The position numbers were made by a program, and so were the translations under genes. Below the pieces are notes generated by a model. The model was not told where the DNA came from and did not search any database. It saw nothing but the letters and a program-made list of their open reading frames with translations. A stretch of 63,096 nucleotides of DNA, filler included. It is 14 parts of 14 records of this genome, joined end to end, with 100 filler letters (N's around TTAATTAATTAA, not from the genome) between each part and the next. Parts side by side here need not be neighbours in the genome. Positions count along the whole stretch, not along the records: positions 20,915 to 24,432 come from SRR7504441_22968; positions 24,533 to 28,637 come from SRR7504441_22972; positions 28,738 to 31,950 come from SRR7504441_22979; 11 more parts are not named here. One strand, written 5' to 3'. Shown piece by piece: positions 21,953-32,050 of this stretch (position 1 is the stretch's first letter; each line of letters opens with the position of its first letter).

Positions 21953-24172
21953 ATGCGGTGGCTGAAAGCGGATGCGCTTCCGTTGAGCGATCGACGGATT
22001 CGTTTTGCTGCAATGCCGCGTGGTGGCCAGACGGGTGACAGGCAGACTCCAGGGAGCCGGACCTCGATCCTCAGCCAGTGAGCCGCAGCCGTGCCTCCCT
22101 GCCTGACAGCTGGCGGCCAGTGTCGCCCGCTACGACCGATCAAACCTCGAGGACGCCTCCACGCTGGTGCTGTCCTACAGGAGGTGCTGGCCTGGAGAGG
22201 GAGAGCTTTTCACTGTGCTGCCGCAGCATTGGACCGGAAGTGACCACCCTCAAGCAGCTTGGGCCGAAGAAGCGCCTCGCAGAGGTGGAGACGATCTTCC
22301 TCGACCACAATTCGCTGCGCAAGGTGCGCCATCCAGCCCAGCGCAGTCTGGCTCCAGCGCGCTGTCGCCCAGCTCACCGTTGTGTGCGCGCAGTTCGAGC
22401 CGGATCACGGGGTGCGCACACTCCGCGAGCTCTATCTGGACCATAACTACCTGAAGGAGGTGAGTCGCCGGCTTCCCGCCCCAGGGGCACGTCGATCGTG
22501 CTGAGCAGTGGGTCAGATCGACGGTGCCAATCCGATGCTCTCGCAACTGGAGACTCTCTCGCTGACATCCAACCGGCTCACAGCAATGAAGAACATGTCA
22601 GGATTCAAAAGGCTGCGCGTGCTCCGATTGGGGAACAACCGACTGGCCTCGCTCAGTGGCCTCACTGGCGGCGCCACATCCAACACGTGAGATCCGCAGC
22701 CCGCTGACGCTGAACCAGCCGCAGGCTAGACACTCTGGTGCTGAGTCACAACCAGATCGCTCACCAGTACCAACTTTCTGAGCTGGCCAACTTCCCAATG
22801 CTATCGGTGCGCTGCCGCCCAAAGCTGGCTTCCGACAGCCAGTTCAGGTGCTTGATATTCGAGAGAACCCGATCGGAACGTCGCCTGAGATCATGAAGTT
22901 TGCTCTCCTCTGCTGCCCCAACCTCCGCATCTTCAATGGGCAGAAGGTCTCCCGTCGCGCTCCAGTGACCTGAAAACCATTCACTGCAGGTGACCGATGA
23001 CGATGTCATCGCTGCATCCGAGTGGGGCTCGGGCAGTGCTCGGGGTCGATCGGTCAACTGTCTGATTGAGGTGATCCGGGAGATGGAAACCCTGTCGCGA
23101 CAGGCTCGAGAGCGGTCCACCACTGGATTGCTTCGGTCAGACTTTATCGCGTATCTCTCCACCTTCGACGATGTGACATAAATACCTTGCAGCACATTGC
23201 CGGGTCTGAGATGGCGTGCAGGCGTCTGCGTGTGGATCTGCAGTGGCCGCTGATCAGTATGTGCGCACTTCTCCGGACATACTATCATTCCAGGACCCAG
23301 AGTTCCTATGCGAGCAGGTAGAGCACCAGCGGGTGCATAGTACCAGCGCTCATGCTCTTGGGCAGGACCGCGACATTATTCGCAAGGAGAGAATGCTGGC
23401 TCAGTGGGATGCAAAGGTGCCTCTTCATCACTAAGCATGTATTGACGCTGCTCTCTAGGTGGCTCGCGACCGTGCCGAGGGCATCTACGACGACACTCCT
23501 GTTGAGATCGAGCAGTATGACGAACCTATGTACCATTACGATGAGCCAGAGCAACCCCAAATGCAATCTAAGGCCATGCAGCCAAGTGATCCTAGCCCAG
23601 CTGCTGATTCTGGTCGCTTTGTGCCACCAATCAGTCAGGTTTCAGAGACTCCAGTCGAGGCAGTATATCAGCCGGAGCTCGAGTCACAGCAGGCAGATTA
23701 CCCGCCAGCAGATTCACAAAGTGCTCTAGATGTTCATGCAGAGACCAGGCCAGTTGAGGCGGTCCAGCACGGGGCTCCTGACAGCCAGGCGAAGGATGTT
23801 GCGGTAGAGGACCACGAAGAACCTAGTGAAAGGGAATACGCACCAGAAGAGCTTGCGAGACAGAGCGTTCTGGTGCAGCCTGAAGTCGATCAGGAGGATG
23901 TGGACGGTCAGCCTGAAGGGTTATCTTGGAAATCCCCAGAGCAAGAGGGTGATAAGGATGCTAATGCAGAACACATGGCACAATATGGGGCAAGAATTAG
24001 GCAGCAACGTCAGGACAAGAAAGGAATCGGGATCCTGCCACGTCGGGAGCGTATCTTGAATGTGCGGTACATGACCAATTCAATCAGAGAAACGAGTAAA
24101 TCACAGAACACCTTGCTGGAATCCAAGGTGCGATCACTGTTTATTCAGCATTTACGTGAGCAGGATTCTTAG
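21953..24172 (+). CDS. SDS22-like leucine-rich repeat protein with acidic low-complexity C-terminus, multi-exon
   Basis: VETIFLDHNSLRK, LRELYLDHNYLKE, LETLSLTSNRLTAM, LRVLRLGNNRLASL, NPIGT...LRIFNG (LRR cap), separated by short GT-AG introns; start uncertain (21953 or 22013). Confidence 0.75.
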
Positions 24173-24532
24173 AGGACTGATTAATCAGCTAGGGAGATTG
24201 CTTCCACGTCTCGCACCCCCTTCCAAGATTGACCAAGCAAGTGTGTGAGATAATTTGATCCGAATCACGTTACGCGTACGTACGATGTCATAGTAAAAAA
24301 AGCGCATGGTCACTCACAAATTTAATTAAACCATGTTAAAACCATGTACTACCTGTACTAATGTACTATGCAAATAAGTAGCATAGGTTATGTAAGCCCT
24401 ACGGCCCCGACTTTCTAATAAATGTACTTATANNNNNNNNNNNNNNNNNNNNNNNNNNNNNNNNNNNNNNNNNNNNTTAATTAATTAANNNNNNNNNNNN
24501 NNNNNNNNNNNNNNNNNNNNNNNNNNNNNNNN

Positions 24533-26586
24533 GCCCAGATTCTAGTCGGACTGAGCTGGCGCGGGCAGGAGATGATAGGGAGCGTCGAGCTCAACCTGAC
24601 CGACTACGCTGCTCAGGAGTCGACGCCCGACTTGCAGGCGACCCTCCTGTCGAAACCACTGCCCCAGAGCCTGGTGTCTGAGGGCGTCGGGAGTCGCAGC
24701 TGTCACTGTTACAGCTAACGGGTCCTGCCAATCTGATTAATGGCGGAACACAGCCCCCAAAGCGACTTCTGTGGGATGATCATTGTGGCAGGTCGAGTTG
24801 CGCAGCATAGACGACCGGCACGTCGGGGATTTAGTGATGAGTATCAATTGCTCGTTTATAGGCGGCAAGGGCCAGCAGCCCAAGAACGGGCGACTCAGCA
24901 GCCCAAGACAGCAGCGGTCTGGTGCTATCCACTCGCTTGTGACGGCTGGCAGGCCTGGCCAAGACAAGAGCGACTCAGACCTGAGCAACAGCGTTTCGAT
25001 CGGGGCCTGTGAGTTGCTGCTGCTGCGCTGCAGCTGACTCTGTGCGCAGCCGGCACCCCTCGGTCCGCAGCAGCTCTCAGGGCAGCCCAGCGCGGTAATT
25101 ATCACCTTGGCTCTGTGGTTGTGATTTATTGTTTAGGTTCGTCGATCGATGATCTCTCCATATCGGATGTGCAGACGAGCAACGGGAGTTCTGCAAGGTG
25201 CTCGCAGCTCGGCCTAGGCTGCCAGCTGATAGATGGCAGGGAATCGCCATTCCCAAAGTCCCCGCGGACCTCCGACGGCAAGCTAGTTGCCCGGATTTAC
25301 TTTTCGAACGGGACCTACACGTCTACAGTGGTCAAGCCTAGCTACACGGTCCCCCTAGCCTCAACACGTGTCCATCGTTGGGTTCAGGCTAAGTTTGTGG
25401 CGGATCAAGTATGCAACAGGCGGCGGAGTGGCGGGGTTAACATTTTGCCTGATGGTGACAGCGTTCAGGGCCGTTCGTGCACTGAGCGACTGATTTGGAC
25501 AGGCGAAGTGCTTGAGGAGATGCGGCTGTTTGAGGGCGCGGTCGAAGGCCGGTCGATCCGACAGCTCAAGGACGATGAGCTAGTAACCAAGGTGATGGCT
25601 CGCTGGCCGGAGGAAGAGGACGCCTTCCTGATTTTCATGATGCCCACCGTGAATGTTGAGTGAGTGCCGTGTTTGGCTCGATTGAGCTGTGCTAGGATCG
25701 GTACGGAGATCACCTCGCTGTCCGACCTAGACGAGGACGAGGCGACTTAGTCTGCGGCCCAAAGTGATCGATTGTTTCAGGTGACGGAGGTGACCGAGAT
25801 GTCAGAGCAGCCTGAGGTTGGGCCGGATGAAGAGGTGGTCCAGTGGCACTGGGTTGCGCTGATGTTCAGTGGGCAGGATTACGAGGATGAGAGCTCTATC
25901 GTAGACACAGAGCACGAAGAGCCCGGATACGGGCTGCGAGACCTGCCAGTGATTCAGGCAAGCCGGCTCGCAGTGTATGTGCTGATGTGGGCAGGGGGAG
26001 GCGCCGGGGAACATTGATGATGAGATTGAAGAGGACGAAGATTATGACGAGGAGGACGAGGATGAGGAATCTGATGAGGAGGAAGACGAGGATGAGGAGG
26101 AAGACGAGGATGAGGAGGCAGAGGAAGACGAGGACGAGGAGGAAGCTGAGGATCGCCGTGCAGCGGAGGAGCAAGAGGAGCGAGAGCAGGCTATGCTGGC
26201 CTGGCACCAAAAGCAGAACGCCGACCTGGCTGCCCGGTACTCGTTCTAGCTGCTCAATCCACTGTCTGACTGGGTTTTTAGGGCGGCGGTAGCTGAGCAA
26301 AAGGCCAAGAGCGATGCCGAGCAGCTGGCAGGTGGGATACAGCTAGGATGCAGTGAGGCCCAGGGTTGACATTGGTGTGTGCAGCAATGAAGAACCAGGA
26401 GGCGGCGCTGCGGGCTGAGCTTGATGCGATGAAGCAGCAGGCATGCTGATACGCATAACAGCCGAATTCTTATCACAATTCTTGTTGCAGGTCAATCAGG
26501 CCAGTGGACAACGACTGGACCAAGAGCGAGAACCCAAGCCGAGCGCCCAGACCAAGGGCGCGTGTGGAGGCTGCCAAATCTCTTGA
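24533..26586 (+). CDS. Multi-exon protein: NT-C2-like fragment, RA/ubiquitin-like domain, acidic tract, coiled coil, CaaX-like end (5' truncated)
   Basis: IGSVELNLTDYA; VARIYFSNGTYTSTVV...RQLKDDELVTKVMARW; D/E run at ~26030-26180; ends ACGGCQIS*. Confidence 0.55.
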
Positions 26587-26694
26587 GCTCATAACTCCAC
26601 ACATGTAGTAACTAGCTCTAATGTAGCTCTGTACATATAGCAAAGGGTCGGCATTTGTTTAAAAATTGAATAAGGAATACAAGTACGTAATATT

Positions 26695-27664
26695 TTAAAA
26701 ATCATCATGCGCCGCGCCATCCTTGGCACGCCAGTCATCCCCTGCAAGTAGCGCTTCTAGGTCCACCTCTTCATCTTGCTCTTCAGCCGCTCTGTCGGCC
26801 TCTAATTGGGCCTTAGCCGCCTCCGTGCGCTTGGCCGGTTTGGAGGCCTGCAATAGATCGTCATTTCCTGCGCGACAGCAGGGGATTGCCTTCGCTGGCT
26901 TGAGCCTCTCCCTTAGTTGCCCCACCTTGGACAGCAGCCCACTGCCGCCCCGTGATCAGAACATAACAAGCCAATCGGCACATCTGCTCGTTTGCGGTCT
27001 CGCCCAAGTAATCCGTTGTAAGCTCCTCGAGCTCTTTGCCCTCGTCCTCTTCCCGCTGACCGCTCGCCTCTCGCAGCGTGGCCTCAAATTGCTCGTTCTG
27101 CACGGCCGCTTCAAATGATTCCAGCTTCTCCTGCATCTCTTTCTCCAGGTCGCGACCGTGCGCCTTCGCGTCAGCTTGCTGCGCCCCGCCAGCTAGCGCC
27201 CAACACACTGCCCACTATTGCTAAGTCACCGCATCGTCAAAAAAACCCTGCGGCAGTGCGCTGGCTGGCTCCTCCTCGGGCTCCTCCTCGGGCTCCTCTT
27301 CCTGCTGCCGGGCGCGCTTGGCTGGTGGCTCCGCGTCGAAGAATCCCTCCGGCAGCCCGCTCACCGCTGCCGGCTCCTCCCCGCCGCTCTCGTCCACCTG
27401 CACCCCGCTCAGCCACCGGGCCCTCCGGCCGCTGCCTGCTCGGTCAGCTCGGCCGCCCGTTGGGCGTTCCAGGCCGGCTTAGGCGGGGCCGGATTGGAGG
27501 CCCGGGCCGCCGCCCGCTTGGCCGCGATCTGCTTGAGCAGCTGCCCGCTGGTGAGCCAGGGCTGAGCGCCGGGGCACCGCGCGCTTCTTGGCCAGGTCCG
27601 CGGAGGCCTTGGGCGCCCCCCCGCCACCAGTGGCTTGCTTGAGCAGCCCGCGCACATTGGACAT
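26695..27664 (-). CDS. ZNF830/CCDC16-like spliceosome-associated protein, multi-exon
   Basis: LPEGFFD, ALPQGFFDD..ADAKA, EMQEKLESFEAAV and a C-terminal DWRAK motif. Confidence 0.7.
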
Positions 27665-27784
27665 TGTGCCGCTGAGCTCGGAGGGTCGAGCAGGCCGCCG
27701 GAGCAACGGATTGTGCCAGTCGCGCTCGGTGGAGAAGGCGCGTGCCGGCGGCGGTCGGGGCCGGTGAGGCGGGTGTGCAGGGCG

Positions 27785-28243
27785 ATGGCTGAGAACGACA
27801 CGCTAGACAATGAGGAGAGCGAAGTCCAGAAGAACAGCGAGGCTGCCAAGACCGCCGCCCAGATGGATTCGGTGACCGATCACCACGAGGAGAGCGAGCT
27901 GGACGCCTCCAAAGTCAACACGGTGCCCCCGCCGCATCCCACGGCCCGACCAGGCGCAGTCGCTCGGGGCGCTGCAAGAGGCAGAGGAGGCGGACCAGCA
28001 GGCGGCCAACGAGCGGTTCTGCTGTGCCCGGGCCCGGGCAGACGGGTCGGGGCAGGGCGCGGGCGCTGGCAAAGGTGCAAGTGTCGGCAGAGGACATCGA
28101 GCTGGTGGCGGACCAGATGAACATGAGTAAGGAGCACGCGGAGCAGACGCTGAGGGAGCACGAGGTGCGGGCCCGGCTGGCTGGCGGCGACCCAGTTGCA
28201 GGGTGACGCCAAGCGAACGCTCAGTGCGCTGGTGCACCAATAG
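27785..28243 (+). CDS. HYPK: Huntingtin-interacting protein K-like (NatA regulator), 3 introns
   Basis: Spliced product MDSVTDHHEESELDASKVNT|SLGAL...ER|ARALAKVQVSAEDIELVADQMNMSKEHAEQTLREHE|GDAKRTLSALV*. Confidence 0.88.
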
Positions 28244-29013
28244 AGGAGAAGCGGCCGGCGTGTTGGAACAGCGCTGGACAGTAGGGCCGTGTGTGTGTGC
28301 TGCACGTGTGGGCAGTCCATGAGTGGACGGACGTGGGGTTGTCGCCTTGGGCAGCGTGGTGTCATGGTGTGCCCTTTGTGTTTCAATAAAGCTACAACGC
28401 GTTGGAGCTAGATATAACATTATGTAATCTCTCCGACCTTATTACTGAACTGCACCTAAGCTGATGATTCCTAATGATCGTTAACCAATTACTCGTGAGC
28501 GTGCTCGTGAGTACAAGCACAGCGGGTACAGATTACGAGCAGAATACTCAAATGTTACAAGTGCTTGTCGCTTCGGGCGCTTCATTGATCTCTTCATGAT
28601 TGTCGAAGCCGCAACCTGCGTGCTCGCCCGGGGTCCGNNNNNNNNNNNNNNNNNNNNNNNNNNNNNNNNNNNNNNNNNNNNTTAATTAATTAANNNNNNN
28701 NNNNNNNNNNNNNNNNNNNNNNNNNNNNNNNNNNNNNACAAGGGTGGAGGGTTCACCAAGGGTGGAGCGAGCTGGAAGCCCAGGTGTGGAATCAAGAAGC
28801 CACCAAGAAGAGATAGCGATACCCGTAACCCTAACAAGTTGTATGGAGATGGTATGAATAGAAAGCAAAGACGCGAGGCGGCGCGACAAGCGGAGGCTAA
28901 GTCTTAAAAAACGTCTTGGGCGAAGGTAGGGCGAAGCATTGTTCTACTTTATACATAGTCATTCTATTGTAATTCTACCGTGCATGTAATTCTGTTGTTA
29001 TTCTGTTGTAATT

Positions 29014-31632
29014 CTAGTGGTCAGATGATTTGGTGCACTTGAGGCTCACGGTGCCGTGCGGCGGCACCAACGCTGTGTAGCTGTCGACATAGAGACCCAC
29101 ATCCCGGCGGTTCCAAATGTCACGCACGTGGGCGGTATGTCCCCAGTCGACCCCTACTTGCCCCCAGGATGCTGTGATGTTCGTGCTCACAAGGCCACGG
29201 TTGAGTAGAACAACTGCCACGCCATCCACCAGCGGCTTGGCCCACACCTCGCCTCCAGTAGGCGCTGATGGGCTCACTCGCACCCCCTGGACTCCGAGTC
29301 CATCTTGATTGACGGCGATGAGCTCTGGCGACAAAAGGATCTTCAGCGAATCTTGAGACAACAGCGACAAATCGGTTGAAATGAGCAAGGGCCCAGTGAT
29401 CAAGCACCAGAGACTGAAGTGCGAGATCTGCTCTGTGTGCGAAAGCCCGGTATTACCAATCTGTAGCATGTCAGGGTCATTGTAATGGCCTCGATACTGC
29501 ACCTTAGCCATCAAATTGTTGGCGTCTAGGTTCTGGAGGATCGATCCCCAAGTGGCTTGGATATCGCCTGTGGTACGCCAAATGTCTGCACGGACCAAAC
29601 CCTTGGCAATCCACTGACCACACCCGTCCGGTTCGTTGCACGAGCTACAAGCCATCAGCACTTTGTTCCCCGTCTGCGCCTCGCATTCGTCTAGAGCCTC
29701 TCGGAACCGAATCCAGCTCGTGTTGGCCTCATTGAAGCCTGCACCACCGCAGTGATCGATCTTAAGGTACCCTACACCCATGGCACAGAATTCGCGAGCA
29801 TCCTCTTGCTCGTGCTGGTACGAACCAACTTTCATTTGGCATGTAAAATCAGATTGAGAAGTATAGATGCCAAACCGGAGCCCCCTCTGGCGCACGTATC
29901 GAGCAATGGCTTTCATTCCAGACGGGAAACGCGAAGGGTCATGCACCACACTGCCATTATACTTTCCTGTTTCGGGCACGAGTGCTCTGCGTTCCGCTTG
30001 CCAGCAGTCGTCGATGTTGAGATAGGTATACCCAGCCTTCACCAGACCGAGCGAGACCATCAGGTCGGCGGTCTGACGAAGTTTGTGCTCATCGACCCAG
30101 CAATGCCATCGGTTCCAAGTGTTGAATCCCATCGCAGGCAGCACAGTCGTTCTGTTGGCAGCACCGTCCCAAAATAGAGGTGCATCCTCGACGTCTGAGA
30201 CCGGAGCATTTACCGATGAGACGTTCACAACAAACGCCGCCGCGGGCACCCCTGACCCTTGGTTATGCAGCACGCATCTCTCGCCTGGGTCGGCGCCAAA
30301 TCCGTACTGCACGCTTGCTAATGCCAGCCCCATTGGTAGCACCGCCTGCAGCTCGGCCTGTCCCTCCACAAGGTATGGCTCGAGCTCCACTGTCGCCCCC
30401 GACTTGGTCATTGCCCGCAGGGTGCCGTTGCAGTCATCTCCCCTAAGAATGAGTGGTGCGAGCCTACTCACTGGAGTCGCACCTTGAGCAAACGTCACAA
30501 CTAGTCGGCCAGCCCTTACAGTCGCTGGAGAGACTGCCTCCGGAGGTGCCCAACGGAGTTGCGGCGCTAGTTTGGAGTAGGCCACATGGAGCATGGCAAG
30601 CGCAAACCGCCTCCCAAGCTCGCCCGGCTCGTTTGTATCCATACTGGAGACCATTGCTGTGGTATCTATTCCGTCTGATGAAGGCCTAGCTGCGCCCTGC
30701 GCCAGCCGGAGCGAAGTGGCGGCCGCTGAATCCACCACCCTCGGGTCTCCGCTTCCGTATTCCAAATAGACCACCGCCCAGTCGCCCACCGGCCCGAGCT
30801 CGCGCCAGCCCTGGACTGCGGCCTCAAAGCAAAGCCCCCAGCTGTTGGCGATGGCCTTGGCGCCAAATTTGAGATCGGCGGCGCCATCGATAGTCCAGAG
30901 CAGTCCGCGCGTGGCAAGGCCGAGTAGCGAGGACAACTTGTCAAAGCCGACAGAGCGGTCTGCATCCATTGCAGTGAGCGAGGCGCACTGCTGGGTCGCT
31001 GAAGGCGGAGCGTACGAGTGGAGATGCGACCAGCCCTCTGCTGCGTGCTGCGGCGAGACGACGATCAGTCCCATGGGACATGTGAGGTTGGACGGCAGAG
31101 GGCTCCCGGTCGGATTGTACATGCGGGTCAAGTGACTGGCGAAGCTACCGCACACCGCCGGGACGGCAGCCTTGGACCAGCCGGATTGATCACTCCACGC
31201 CGAGACTTGCGGCGGCAGCCGGACACCCGTGGACCCCAGCGCGTCTGAGACGCAGATGAACACATCGCCGAAGCTCACATTCCGTATGATGTGGGCGGCG
31301 GGGCCGGCATCAGCCACTGTGATCTCGTACGGTCCGAACTTTGGCCCGCGGCGGCCGTGCGGGTCGGCCAGATAGCTCCCGTCCAGCTGGACCGACCAGC
31401 GGCCAGTGGCACTGTCCACCGCCGCCGTGTAGGTCTTGGCGTACAGCGGTGCGCCGGACCGGACGGTGAGCGTCACACTGGCCGAGGCTGATGTGCCGTA
31501 CACGAAGGACCGGGCGTCCCCCTCCACCCAGCTCTGGAGCACCAGCCCGTCCGAAAACACCGCCGGCAGCTCCAGCCCGCGGCACCCGCCCAGAAGCAGC
31601 CCCATCACAACCACCCCACCAGGCGTCAGCAT
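29014..31632 (-). CDS. Secreted fusion: degenerate sialate O-acetylesterase-like module + GH27 alpha-galactosidase
   Basis: N-terminal LPAVFSDGLVLQ...GRWSVQL...GPYEITV...NVSFGDVFIC; C-terminal PAMGFNTWN, YLNIDDCWQ, RFPSGMK, YLKIDHC, WRTTGDI, YNDPDML; intronless. Confidence 0.9.
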   Translation of the reverse strand: MLTPGGVVVMGLLLGGCRGLELPAVFSDGLVLQSWVEGDARSFVYGTSASASVTLTVRSGAPLYAKTYTAAVDSATGRWSVQLDGSYLADPHGRRGPKFGPYEITVADAGPAAHIIRNVSFGDVFICVSDALGSTGVRLPPQVSAWSDQSGWSKAAVPAVCGSFASHLTRMYNPTGSPLPSNLTCPMGLIVVSPQHAAEGWSHLHSYAPPSATQQCASLTAMDADRSVGFDKLSSLLGLATRGLLWTIDGAADLKFGAKAIANSWGLCFEAAVQGWRELGPVGDWAVVYLEYGSGDPRVVDSAAATSLRLAQGAARPSSDGIDTTAMVSSMDTNEPGELGRRFALAMLHVAYSKLAPQLRWAPPEAVSPATVRAGRLVVTFAQGATPVSRLAPLILRGDDCNGTLRAMTKSGATVELEPYLVEGQAELQAVLPMGLALASVQYGFGADPGERCVLHNQGSGVPAAAFVVNVSSVNAPVSDVEDAPLFWDGAANRTTVLPAMGFNTWNRWHCWVDEHKLRQTADLMVSLGLVKAGYTYLNIDDCWQAERRALVPETGKYNGSVVHDPSRFPSGMKAIARYVRQRGLRFGIYTSQSDFTCQMKVGSYQHEQEDAREFCAMGVGYLKIDHCGGAGFNEANTSWIRFREALDECEAQTGNKVLMACSSCNEPDGCGQWIAKGLVRADIWRTTGDIQATWGSILQNLDANNLMAKVQYRGHYNDPDMLQIGNTGLSHTEQISHFSLWCLITGPLLISTDLSLLSQDSLKILLSPELIAVNQDGLGVQGVRVSPSAPTGGEVWAKPLVDGVAVVLLNRGLVSTNITASWGQVGVDWGHTAHVRDIWNRRDVGLYVDSYTALVPPHGTVSLKCTKSSDH

Positions 31633-32050
31633 GGCTCGGGCGGCGTACGACCGGGCACTGCGTACGTCTTGCACCGTCTCCTCCGCAGTGGGATGAATGC
31701 CTGCATCTCGCCGGTTCCGTTATTTTAGAGCGGGAAGCGGCGGCAGGTGCGACGGCGTCTGGATGGCAACATAGAGCCGACGGGCAGGTAAGGCAGGTCG
31801 ATCCGGCCGCCTCTGCATCGAGGTTGATGACGACGCCTCTTATCCGCGCGGTCGACCTGACCATGACAGACCGCGTCTGCGAGACAGTCACCCTCGTGCT
31901 TATGGCCCTTACCGTCTTTATGTACTGCGTGCCCCGCCGGAGATGCTGCGNNNNNNNNNNNNNNNNNNNNNNNNNNNNNNNNNNNNNNNNNNNNTTAATT
32001 AATTAANNNNNNNNNNNNNNNNNNNNNNNNNNNNNNNNNNNNNNNNNNNN

